A stretch of DNA of 64,000 nucleotides from a virus (Duplodnaviria; Caudoviricetes). Positions 27,900 to 39,000 of the stretch are shown here, piece by piece. The first letter of the stretch is position 1. Each line of letters starts with the position of its first letter. A program made the position numbers and the translations under genes. The stretch lies in IMG/VR virus record IMGVR_UViG_3300031867_000001, positions 64,001 through 128,000 of that record; one strand, written 5' to 3'. The notes under the pieces are model-generated. The model saw nothing but the letters and a program-made list of their open reading frames with translations, ran no database searches and had not been told where the DNA came from.

Positions 27900-29348
27900 A
27901 TGTTTTATTATGATAAGACAAATCCGATGAGATGTCCGTGTCAACCGGCACCTCCTCCACCACCACATCCAGTTCCATGTTTTCATGATTCATATGGACA
28001 TGATTGTTATCATGAACATAATGGATTTCCACATCCACATTTACCGGTGAATGGACCGTTTATTGGATCAATGTTTGTACTGGATAATTACTCCCCATAT
28101 TTGTTTGATTCTTATTTCATCAAGTATGGTTCCATTATTAATGTATCCGAAAACGTTCAAACCCACATCACTCAAAGACCCGATGCATCGTGTATTAACT
28201 TAGCTGCTAAGTTTAACTTCGTTGATGCAATCAACAAGAATGTTGTATTGGAAGAGTATTTGGAAAAGTGTATTGGTCAGAATGCAGAGAAATACCAGAA
28301 TGCACTTCCACTTATGAAGTCTAAGTTTACATTCCGCATGTATTATTCTATCTTCGATGATATGGGTGGAGTTGTTGATGAAAGAATCGTTGAAGTATCC
28401 ACATATGATACATTGTTACATTATACGGATATTCGCGATTTCTTCTTACAATCCACCAAGGGTATTTTCGTTGATAATATTCCTGGATATGATTATGCTG
28501 GTCTGTACAGACTCGTCGTCAATAAGATTGAACTGTGGGTTGGTACAATTGATACTCCTGCAAAGTGTGAAGATGGTTACAACCCATATTATCAGTGGAC
28601 GGATAACAATCAGCGCATTGTATTACAGCATGACACAATTGAAGCGTGTCCAGCTGATGATACATTATTGCTTGCAACATGTGATGTGAATTTGTCATTC
28701 CCATTCCAAGCAAATATCACCACCAGATTGCGTCTGTCATTTACTGCATTTACTTCTTCCATGATTATTGTAAATCAAACGTATGGTATTTGGAATGCAA
28801 TCTATGAACCCTCGGAATCTCGTATCAAGACGCTTGAGGATGAGATTGTAACTCTGAAGGAAACCGATCGTTTGTTACAGAATCAGATCGATGCAATGAA
28901 TACAAGAATGGATGAAATGAATAATACCATTCTTGATCATGAGAGACGTATCGCTGCAAATGAATTGGCGATTACGACATTGAATAATGTATTCGCTGAT
29001 AATCTCCGTGTAATCAATGAGCGTTTGACTTCTCTTGAAACAAGAGTTACTGCATTGGAGAATATTCCTCTGGCAACTCACAAGTATCGTGAAGGTGACA
29101 CTTACATTCGTTCCCAGCTTACTTGGGAAACAATCGGTCAATTGTATCAAGTTGCACGTGAATTTGTTGCAAGCGGTAATTTCAATGATGAAATTGCTGC
29201 AGGTAACATTGTACCGCTTGCAGTGGACGGTTCTGTTACATTAACTGCATTAGCATCTCGAATGGATGCAATTGATGATCGCATTACGTCTTATCATCCA
29301 ACAACTGTTGTTGATGATGATGACAATGGCGTGGATGATGATCTTTAA
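27900..29348 (+). CDS. Putative fibre/structural protein with coiled coil
   Basis: Pro/His/Cys-rich N-terminus; heptad coiled coil RIKTLEDEIVTLKETDRLLQNQIDAMNTRM. Confidence 0.5.
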   Translation: MFYYDKTNPMRCPCQPAPPPPPHPVPCFHDSYGHDCYHEHNGFPHPHLPVNGPFIGSMFVLDNYSPYLFDSYFIKYGSIINVSENVQTHITQRPDASCINLAAKFNFVDAINKNVVLEEYLEKCIGQNAEKYQNALPLMKSKFTFRMYYSIFDDMGGVVDERIVEVSTYDTLLHYTDIRDFFLQSTKGIFVDNIPGYDYAGLYRLVVNKIELWVGTIDTPAKCEDGYNPYYQWTDNNQRIVLQHDTIEACPADDTLLLATCDVNLSFPFQANITTRLRLSFTAFTSSMIIVNQTYGIWNAIYEPSESRIKTLEDEIVTLKETDRLLQNQIDAMNTRMDEMNNTILDHERRIAANELAITTLNNVFADNLRVINERLTSLETRVTALENIPLATHKYREGDTYIRSQLTWETIGQLYQVAREFVASGNFNDEIAAGNIVPLAVDGSVTLTALASRMDAIDDRITSYHPTTVVDDDDNGVDDDL

Positions 29349-29454
29349 TCATTGATCATTTCATCGGGTATTCTAAAAAGTGAAAATTAATCCATTATGT
29401 AGTATCGGTTATACGAATTATTAATTACTTTTTAGAAAGGAGATGGAAGGATGA

Positions 29455-30210
29455 GTGGCTAATGCAAAGGAAATTAATGTTGATATTTATTCAAGACACT
29501 GGTACAACAACGTCAGATGGATTCCTTATCCAGTATCAAAAGAATCCCCACAACTTGGGTATTCAATTGGACTGACGGATCTGCTGAGTTTGTTGCATCA
29601 TTCTGAAGTATGGTTGTATGATTCGAACACAAAACGTGTCATCAATCTGAATAATCTCAATGATTATTTTCCAGATTATGTTCCACCTTGGGGCAGAGGC
29701 GGTGGAGGTTCAGACCCCCAGAAAACTTATGTTGTTTCAGACACAACAGAAGGATGGTCATCCCAACCAACTCTTGTATCGGAAAAAGATGTATTATACA
29801 TCTATACCGATTACATTATTACCGATGTCGGTGATGAAATCCCTGGCATCAAAGTTGGTGATGGTGTAACACCTGTTACACAATTACCATTCACTGCATC
29901 CTCTGGTGGATCCAGTGGTGAAAAGGAAGTGTATTCCAAAACTACAGCGGAATGGGATGCACAACCAACATTAATACCCAAAAAAGATACGCTGTATGTT
30001 TACACCGACTATATGACTATAGAAGGTGTGACAATACCAGGTATGAAGATTGGTGACGGATCTACATACCTTATCAACCTTCCATTCATCAACACATCTG
30101 GTCTGACAGATATAGAACGTACAACACTAATCGACAAGGTTGGTGTGAAACCTTCTGAAGGTGATGATGATGAAACGTTGATATTCTTCGACGGTCTAAT
30201 TGGTGATTAA
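29455..30210 (+). CDS. Tail fibre-associated protein with two Mtd_N-like repeats
   Basis: Two copies of TTxxWxxQPTLxxxKDxLYxYTDY...IPGxKxGDGxTxxxxLPF. Confidence 0.65.
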   Translation: MANAKEINVDIYSRHWYNNVRWIPYPVSKESPQLGYSIGLTDLLSLLHHSEVWLYDSNTKRVINLNNLNDYFPDYVPPWGRGGGGSDPQKTYVVSDTTEGWSSQPTLVSEKDVLYIYTDYIITDVGDEIPGIKVGDGVTPVTQLPFTASSGGSSGEKEVYSKTTAEWDAQPTLIPKKDTLYVYTDYMTIEGVTIPGMKIGDGSTYLINLPFINTSGLTDIERTTLIDKVGVKPSEGDDDETLIFFDGLIGD

Positions 30211-30236
30211 AAATTATTAAAAAGGAGAGATTTATT

Positions 30237-31388
30237 ATGGCAACTTCTTACGATTGGGAAGACAGAGGTCAGGGCGGTTCTCATGCTGATGACCTGTACG
30301 TCTCGAAACTTACGATTCCGGTAGCCGGTGGTGGTACTGCTGACTACTTTATTCGTGACGAGCAGTCCCGTGCAAAGATTCAGGATATCCTGAATTCTAT
30401 CAGCTCCGGTGTCGTATTCATCGGTAAGACCAATACTCCTCTGACTGATGGTTCTACTACTGCAACCATCATGCTTAAGGAGAATGGTGATTATACCAAG
30501 CAGGTTACCCTCACTGCTGAGGACGTTGGTTCTCTTGTTACGGTTGATAAGACCGCTTACACTCCTGCACTTCCTCAGGATGCTGAGTATGTATGGGATG
30601 GCGCACAGTGGATTGAGTTCGGTTCCTCTGGTGAGCTCGGTGCGTTTGCATTCGTAGACACTGGTGATGTTACTGTATCCGACCTGGTTGATACAACTGG
30701 TACTCACACTGCTGCAATCACAACCACTCCTACTGCTGCAACTTATGATGATACCAAGGCTCCGACCGTTACTCTGGCGGATGGTACTGTAAGTGGTTCT
30801 GTTGGTACTGCTCTGACTGGTACTGCAACTTACAACGAGGCTACTGGTGTATCTGTCACAGCTCCGAGTGGTTCTGAGACTGCTAACTACACCCCGGCTG
30901 GTGATGTTACTGTAACCGCAGCAGCATCTGGTACTACTGGTGAGATTGTAACCGGTGTTACTACCACTGGTTCTGCTACTGCATCAAACCTGACTGGTGC
31001 TGGTACTTCTGTTGTACCGAGCTACTCTTTCGCAGTTGGTGCATCTGATGAGACTCTGACGATCACTCCTGCAACTGCAATCACAGCAGTTCGGGATACT
31101 GATTTTACTCCAGTAACTGGTATCGCAACTGGTGTTGAGGTTACTACTGGTAATCTCGGATTTGATGGTACTGGTGTTGTACTCGATGTTGCAACAACTC
31201 CTGGTAACGTTGATACGAGTGCTCTTGCACTTGCAGATGGTACTGTCACTGGTACAGTTGATGATACTGATGTTACCTTCACTCCTCAGGCAGGCTGGAT
31301 CAAGTATGACAAGGCAGATGCATCTGCAGATGTTACTGTTGCTACTACTTCCAAGCCCTTCAGTGTTACTCCGCACACTGGTGCGTAA
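30237..31388 (+). CDS. Thr/Ala/Gly-rich abundant structural (fibre/decoration) protein
   Basis: EYVWDGAQWIEFG motif, T/A/G-rich beta repeats, strongly biased codons. Confidence 0.55.
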   Translation: MATSYDWEDRGQGGSHADDLYVSKLTIPVAGGGTADYFIRDEQSRAKIQDILNSISSGVVFIGKTNTPLTDGSTTATIMLKENGDYTKQVTLTAEDVGSLVTVDKTAYTPALPQDAEYVWDGAQWIEFGSSGELGAFAFVDTGDVTVSDLVDTTGTHTAAITTTPTAATYDDTKAPTVTLADGTVSGSVGTALTGTATYNEATGVSVTAPSGSETANYTPAGDVTVTAAASGTTGEIVTGVTTTGSATASNLTGAGTSVVPSYSFAVGASDETLTITPATAITAVRDTDFTPVTGIATGVEVTTGNLGFDGTGVVLDVATTPGNVDTSALALADGTVTGTVDDTDVTFTPQAGWIKYDKADASADVTVATTSKPFSVTPHTGA

Positions 31389-31413
31389 TCACTACAATTA
31401 CAAAAAACATTGT

Positions 31414-31435
31414 TGGGGGCGCATATGCGCCCCCA
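31414..31435. terminator. Palindrome between convergent genes
   Basis: TGGGGGCGCATATGCGCCCCCA. Confidence 0.65.
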
Positions 31436-31440
31436 CGTGT

Positions 31441-32076
31441 TTATATTGTGATGTTTAATGCTTTCATAATTTCAGCGCTATTGTATCTGCCTTCACCATC
31501 TATCTGTAAGCGGAAGAAGTTGTCCGTATCATCAACCGTAATGTTGTGTTTATTAACAACAACAACAAACTTGGGTATTGTGGCATTTTCGAAATAATAA
31601 GTATAATCGATGTTATGTTGTTTGAGTTTGTCAACGAACGATGATAAGATTCTGTATCTGATGAATGGATGTTGATAATTGTCATTTGTTGTTACAAACA
31701 ATGAACCATAACCGCTGTGGATGATTTTGGGAATGCATTTGTATTTCAAGTCAAGATATTCAATAGTCCGACACCATACATTTCCAGCAACATGAGTGGT
31801 TATGAATAATGCTGCATTTAAGATTGGAAATGTATAGTTTTCAGTAATGGTATAAGATACGAAATCTTTGTACGGATATGTTGTGTTATTCTTAAAGATA
31901 CCTTTATCCGACATGATTGGATCAATAAATACATCCCCATTGTTCATATTCAATACAATGGTCTTGTATGTTAACACAGCCCAAGTCTTGTTCTTGAAGT
32001 TATTGATTCGATAATAACTCTCGACAAGAATCTTTGCGAATGGATCCATTCGTTCAAACTCTTTTGAAATATACAT
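31441..32076 (-). CDS. Hypothetical protein
   Basis: 211 aa ORF, SD GGAGG. Confidence 0.65.
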   Translation of the reverse strand: MYISKEFERMDPFAKILVESYYRINNFKNKTWAVLTYKTIVLNMNNGDVFIDPIMSDKGIFKNNTTYPYKDFVSYTITENYTFPILNAALFITTHVAGNVWCRTIEYLDLKYKCIPKIIHSGYGSLFVTTNDNYQHPFIRYRILSSFVDKLKQHNIDYTYYFENATIPKFVVVVNKHNITVDDTDNFFRLQIDGEGRYNSAEIMKALNITI

Positions 32077-32098
32077 TTACATAGTTCCTCCCTTTATG

Positions 32099-32680
32099 TT
32101 ATACTTCTCTGAATTCACATGTGATGATATGACCAACCATATTCACCAGGCGTGTGATTGTTGTAATAGACACAACCAATGAATCATGATCTGCAGTCTG
32201 TTGGTACTTCAAAGTGAATTGTGCAACATTATTCGAGATGGTTTGTTTCAATACTTTCGACATATCTTTACGAATCATCTCTGGGGTGATCTTGAAATAC
32301 TCAATGACATATTCGTACAACCGATTGAATGTGGGGTTGGCTGTTTTGTACACCCATTCTTCAATCACATCAGACATATCCGGTGTGAATAATGTGATAA
32401 CACATGCGATGTTCGGTTGTTTGGCTTGTACTGTCTTAAGCAGTTCCCCAAGTTTTGATTGTGACATTGTATTGGTTGATGAATTCAACATTGTCACGAA
32501 TTGATCATTGAGAGATGTTTTGTGAATCACATCTGTCTCAACTGCTTTACAGAATGCAGACATGATGATATCACACGCACATTTCTTGGACGTGTCTATG
32601 ATGATATTTTCACTCACCATATCCTTTAAGTGTTGGATGGCGGATGGAGCCATCAATGCTCTTGCTTCTTCAAGTGTCAT
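32099..32680 (-). CDS. Hypothetical protein
   Basis: Likely start MTLEE, SD AAGGGAG. Confidence 0.65.
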   Translation of the reverse strand: MTLEEARALMAPSAIQHLKDMVSENIIIDTSKKCACDIIMSAFCKAVETDVIHKTSLNDQFVTMLNSSTNTMSQSKLGELLKTVQAKQPNIACVITLFTPDMSDVIEEWVYKTANPTFNRLYEYVIEYFKITPEMIRKDMSKVLKQTISNNVAQFTLKYQQTADHDSLVVSITTITRLVNMVGHIITCEFREV

Positions 32681-32748
32681 ATAAAATACTCCCTTCAAAA
32701 TATATTCATATGTTTAAACCCATGAATGGGATTACACTGGTAATTAAT

Positions 32749-32947
32749 CCAATTTGAACATTGTGATGAGTTTGCGGTTGTTTGGTCGGAAGTAGCAGCT
32801 TCCGTATTTATTTGATTTTAATTATTTGCGATTATTCGCAAATAATGATACTGCCAGTAGTATCCGGAATATAAATTTCTTCCATGAAATATCACTTCCT
32901 TTCACACGGAGAATTCCACTCCGTCAATTTCACAATGTTCAAATTGG
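32749..32947 (-). ncRNA. Structured micro-peptide RNA element, copy D
   Basis: Perfect 18-bp closing stem CCAATTTGAACATTGTGA (32749-32766/32930-32947); ACGGAG-TGGAATT-CTCCGT; CGGAAG..CTTCCG. Confidence 0.8.
32832..32885 (-). CDS. 17-aa micro-peptide MEEIYIPDTTGSIIICE
   Basis: SD AAAGGAAGTG; paralog family. Confidence 0.8.
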   Translation of the reverse strand: MEEIYIPDTTGSIIICE

Positions 32948-32983
32948 TTGATATAAATGTGAAGATACACCCACTTATACCAA

Positions 32984-33003
32984 ATTAATTATATATTTAT
33001 TTA
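32984..33003 (-). promoter_or_regulatory. Putative phage early promoter AAATAAATATATAATTAAT
   Basis: Identical to the motif upstream of copy C. Confidence 0.55.
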
Positions 33004-33015
33004 AATAGAAATTTA

Positions 33016-33038
33016 ATCGGGGGCTTAAAGCCCCCGAT
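33016..33038 (-). terminator. GC stem-loop after large structural gene
   Basis: ATCGGGGGCTTAAAGCCCCCGAT. Confidence 0.65.
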
Positions 33039-33043
33039 ATAAA

Positions 33044-36000
33044 TCATAATAATTGAATTGGTTCGTAATTATTGAATGTTACATGAACATACAATTTCCG
33101 ACATGTTTCTGGTATATGGATTCTTACTCCTGTACGAATACATGGAATGATGAATTTTGTCCTACTGATATTGGATATATCTCCTGCAATAGAATCAGAC
33201 AGATACAACATGACGTATTTCTTATAAGACCCAGTTAAGAATACATCAAATTCACCATTTGTATTCTTCGTATAATGGATTCTGATATATTCATTAATCG
33301 GAATGAATGTATCGTCTTTATGTGTCATTGGGAATGTTGGATCTGTTAATATCTCATATCTGTATGCATGGTCATAAATATGAATCATATCTTCAATTGG
33401 CATTTCAGATAAACCAATATCATCGGAAGTTGGATGATACAACTTCATGTCATTGATGGTTGGTACATGATTGAAATCGTTGTAATTTGTTGATGTTACT
33501 TCATTTGAGAGAATTGTATCTAAGATATCATCTTCCAAATCTTGATTGTTTGGATCTGGGACAAACATCTTAGAGTAATTCTGTAATGTGGTATGTTGGT
33601 ATGGATACATATTGAATGTATATTGAATGTTTTGAGAAATGATCATGTGTTGTAATGCTTCTTCATAATTTGCATATACCGATCCATCGTTTGCAACATA
33701 TACTGTATTTGTATTCATCAACAATGTATCACCAAAATCATCAACAAGTTCAATCAGTTCAAAGTTCTTCAATGATGTTAAACCGATCAATTGGAATGAA
33801 CTTGGAGAAAGAATAATGAGATGTTCTGTGTCTTTGATTTGTCTACCATTTACCCAGAATTCATATCTTGTACGAGACAATGGTGTTGGAATATATCCCG
33901 TTACATCAATGAATCCATCTGCTGGAATACGTGATGCAAAGTAACGACATACATGCAAATGATTGGACTTAATCAGTTTGATATTTGGATTGATGGATTG
34001 ATCGATTGTCAAACGTGTTTGAACTGTATTGTTATCCCGCATTGTTGAAATTGGATAACGATATTTAGATGAAGTATTGTAATAATACTCATACGGATTA
34101 TTTACGTTTGAATTGTCAGATTTCATTGTGTCAACGATTGCTCGATTGTATGTTGTATCGAAATCAACCGTTATGATTCCGGATTGTGCAAACTGTATCG
34201 TTGGTTGTAAGATGAATTCATCCGATGGTAAAACATGATGTGGATCCGTGATTTGAATCCATTGTTTGGTAGAACTCATGATATCAACCGAAGATGTTGT
34301 GATATTGATTGTAACCAAACCACCATTACATGAATAACGATGATTGTGGACAACCGTCGTGATATAAGAACCACTGACACTACTTGCCAAAGAAGACTTT
34401 GTAATTGTGATGGTACCGTCACTATTTGTTTTACCAACGAATGTGACATTGGATATATTACCATTGAATCTTCTGGAATCGGGTATTGTGTTTTGTAAAC
34501 AAATCAACGTAATGGTTTCATTTGGTTTGAAATCATTGATTGGTTGATTGATTGTGGTTTCGAATGTTTGTTGTGGTAAACCAACATTGGACATTGAACC
34601 AACAAATGGATTCTTGACGAATAATTTGAATTTGGTATAATCATACGTGGAATTGTTTTGTTTCACAACAATGTCTTTATATCGGACGACCGGTGTGTAT
34701 GGTAACCGTCCACTGTGATGATTGTTTCTGTTAATATAAATGCAATCATCTGTGAATGTCTTATATGGTTTAATGTCATTCTGCAACATGGAGTATGATT
34801 CACCGGAGTCAATATGTTTGCGAATGTAAACGTACTTGTACAAATCATCTTCATGTTGTTTGGATTGGTCAATTGTCAATAATGGTTTGAAACGTACTTT
34901 ACACAATGGCGAATGATCGGGTATGACATTGAAGTATGTTTTATTGTAATAACCCATATAAATCAATATCATGTTAGAATCTGGGAATCCAGATTTTTTC
35001 ATAATTACCAAGAATCTTAATGTGTCTGGAGCTGTGAAGTCATAATCATTGTCATACTTGTAATGTGGATCAATTGATACATATGTTGCATATAACGATG
35101 GGTCAATCCATTCTTTGTGTTCCCAGTCATATAAGAAAATCTGGGTATATGGAACGTCCTTGATTGATGGTTGATATGTGGATGTGACTTGTTGTGCACG
35201 TCCATTCTCGATATAACCCATTGCTGCATCATACGAATCAACATTGTACCACGTTGTCGGATGTTCCTGTTCATCGATATATGATTGCAAACGATAAATG
35301 GTTTCTCGTGTTTCTTTTTGCTTCAACAGATAATTCTCCATTTGTCTGGAATAAATGTCTTTGTCATAATTCGTCGCTTCTGGATCGTTACGTTTGATCA
35401 ATGCTTGTTTATACAATACTTGATATTGATTTAACAATGGAACATATTTTGTATCGATTAAGTCTTGGAAGATACGACGTTCTTCTTTCCAAACATAATG
35501 ATCATTTGGTTCATCACGCAGTATCGGATATTGTTCCGACAATGTTAATGTTGTCCAATTGTGATTGATACAAGTCACATCAATCTGATCATGGAATGAT
35601 GTGTGGTTTACAATCTTATCGTATCCAAGATATTTAAAGTTCCACTTCTTATGTTCATCGTCGATAAATCGATTCTTAACATCTTCGGGGAATAATGCAT
35701 GAAGTCTGGTATAAATGTATTCCGCATTATTCTGAACGAATATTGGATCACCTGGGACGGATAAGTATCCATCTAAATCTTCATCCGAAAATTCAATATT
35801 GTAATTGAAGTTTGGATTGTAGAACGTTCGGTAATCACCATTGTATTCATCCAACAAATTACTCAAATTATCATCCAATACAGTACATTCAATCTCGGAT
35901 GTTAAGAACGTTTCTGCTTCATCAAAGTCGTCAATTGGTAACCACTTTGCATCACGTTCATTGACAACCGCTTCCATCATACCATGCGCTTGTGAATGAT

Positions 36001-39000
36001 CAATGGACGTAACAGTTGCTGGGAATACATATTCTGGATGTGATGTTGGTGATAGATATACGGTTTGACCAACAGTCATTCTACCTTTAATGGAAATAGC
36101 ATCTTTATCCACAGCACCAATATCAACATGCATAACTTGCGATGGTTTAAACAACAATTGTGGTTTATGTGTTTTTGAATAATCTTTCAAAATCAACATA
36201 TTCAACTTCTCGTTGTTTATGGTAATTGCATCATTGGAATTCTGCAACATGGTTTTTGGATTCAATGTCAATTCATTATGCTTATCCAATACCATGAAAT
36301 GATTTGCAACCAACAATTCGTAATTGGTTTCGGTATGTTTTTCATTTGCGGGGACTTTACCCGGAGTTGGAAGTGTGTCTTCATGAGTATTTGAAAAACG
36401 AACAGTTGTGTTTGTTGCAGACGGTAACAATCTGACATCATCCAATGCACATGCAGTTGATGATACACGTTCAAAATTAACTGTGATATCAGATAACAAA
36501 CGAACATATTGTCCCGTCGTATCATATACACGGAATTGACAACCTGTGATTGGAGTTCCATCAAAGAACAAATATTCACATGGTTTTCTGACATCTTTCA
36601 AATACCACAGATGTGCACCGGTTTGACCAACAACTGGTACAAATGTGATATCAATTGTATCACCAAAAGTATCTGATGAATTTGGATTGATGAAGTGTGC
36701 ATCTTTCGTTGCAGTCCAAACAACATATCCCAATTCATGTGCGGTTGATGCACCAAAGTCAATACCAGTGATTTCCGATATTGCATACAAATCATGAACA
36801 TGATTTCGAATTGCATCTACACAATACTCTTCCAATTGCAATAAGTAATTGTTTTCGGTATTGCGTAATGTTCTGACTGCCAACTCATATTCGGGGATTT
36901 TATCCTCTAATATTTCTTTTGTTGCAAGTAAGAAATTACGTGCACGTGCAAATGTATGATTGTACTCGGGCAATATTTGCATATTGTAATCTGTTGATGC
37001 ATGATACAATTCCAGCTGTAAGAATTTGGAATCATACATGGATTGATCCAACCATTTCTTGTATTTGTAATCATTCTTCTTATGATTGATTTCTTTGAAA
37101 TGATTGTATAATCCTTTCACACGATACTGTGTGTTTTCATAATAACCACTGGATCGATATGTGGTTCGGATGGTTGTGGAGAACCAGTTTGCTTGTTGAC
37201 GAACATACTTCTGTTTGGAATTCTTTCCACCATAGAATGAATTACTCTTTACACACTCTTGGGTTGTTGTGTACAAGTTATCCATAATATCATCATATGG
37301 GAAATTGTTTACAATGTAATTATATTCTTCACGCAAATTGGATTGCATGTATAATTCCAAACCATCATAATATGTTTTCAATTCTTGTAATGCATCATTG
37401 ATATCCTTTTTCGCTTGTAAGTATTCGATGGATTGATCGAATGCATGTTTGTAATTCGTCAAGATATAACTCATATGATCACGAACACATGATATGAACT
37501 TTGTAATCATTCGAGCAAAGTTTGGAATATAATACCACCCCGTATTTGCATACGAAGATGTTTGCTTTACCCAGTATCGCATATCCAGTGAAGTCTTTCT
37601 GGTATCGATCAAATAATGATTCTGATCTTCGTCTTTCGAATAAATACATTGTGCAATCCAATAATACACATCCGATTTCGCAATGGTTTTATTATAGAAT
37701 ATGAATGGTAATCCATCATAGAACTTGTACATTTGATCCGTTCTGTAATTGGATTCTGTTTCACTGAATACGGTGGAAGCACGTGTTGCTCCCGTGAAGT
37801 TTGCATAATCGAAATGTTTTGTTTCCAAATATTTTGATAAGTTGTAATCAATATAACGCGGGCTGTAAGTGCGGTTGGTTAATGTTCGATAGAAGTATGA
37901 TTGTAACAGATCCTTACCATTGTTCAACAATCTAAGTGTATAGAATATGAAGTTCAATAAGAACGGAGCTGCTTCCGAATGTTCGTTATATGTATCAATA
38001 TTATATTGCGTCATGTTTGGTGTTGCATATGCGATTTCCGATTCATATTGATCAATCAATTCATATGCATCCAACTTTCGTTTCAATATCTTGGATAACA
38101 AATTAACGACTGTTTCATTATCATATTTACCAAACATCAATTTGGATAACTTCATCAGCTTGTTTTCGACATGCCAATATCGAATGAATCCAGCATGTTT
38201 TTCAACTTCTGTCATGAATCTGTCATAATCCAAAACAACATCTTCTTCAAATTCATCATCCACATTCTTTTCATATGGATTTTCCGTATCAGAATACAAT
38301 ACAAAGAATTTGAATATTTCATCACCATTCAAATTGTCTTCGATATAGAATGTATTACCAATACCATGGAAGTGTTTGATGGTTGGATATGCAAACAACC
38401 ATGATCTGTGTTCACGTGAATATTTCAATGTGATGAAACATTGTTCGGATACATTTCGATTGTACCGGTGTGATGTTGGTGTATCTTCATAGAATTGCTT
38501 GTTAATATCATGCAAATCTCGGAAGTTCATAAATGTTTCATTATCATAGAATGGTGCAGAAACCGTAATTGCAAACTTCTCATAATACAGCATGTAGAAT
38601 TCATCTACAACATATTTGCGGTAATTTTCAAATTGGTCTTCACGCAAATGACCGAATCTGAATAATGCATTCATGAAATTTGTAAACTTCTGTAATGCAT
38701 CTTCATTAAACATTCCCGTCAACATACTTCCAATCGAATATGATATGAAGTATGGTCGTAATGCGGAATGCATTTCTTGCAAGTCTGGCTGTAAATTTGT
38801 TCTATAGGAATCATATGAAGACAAATATGTTGTTGCTTTATTCAATGCAAAATTCAACTTCCGAATGGCTGTATCTTTATACTGCATCAGAATATTTCTG
38901 CAATAACAACAATTGATGATATCTTCAAATCTGGTATCATATTCTCGATCGATACAGATTGGTGGTGTACACTTCTCCATGTATCCTTCTTGAATAAATC

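Noticed and set aside
20521-29380. GTATTCT upstream of several structural genes as a late promoter
   Set aside because: Too short, with inconsistent spacing, to support without motif statistics.
32749-32947. Repeated element as MITE/IS remnant or retron msr-msd
   Set aside because: Terminal repeats differ among A, B and C/D, contain sense-strand G.U pairs and show no evident target duplication; no transposase or reverse transcriptase in the window (one elsewhere cannot be excluded).
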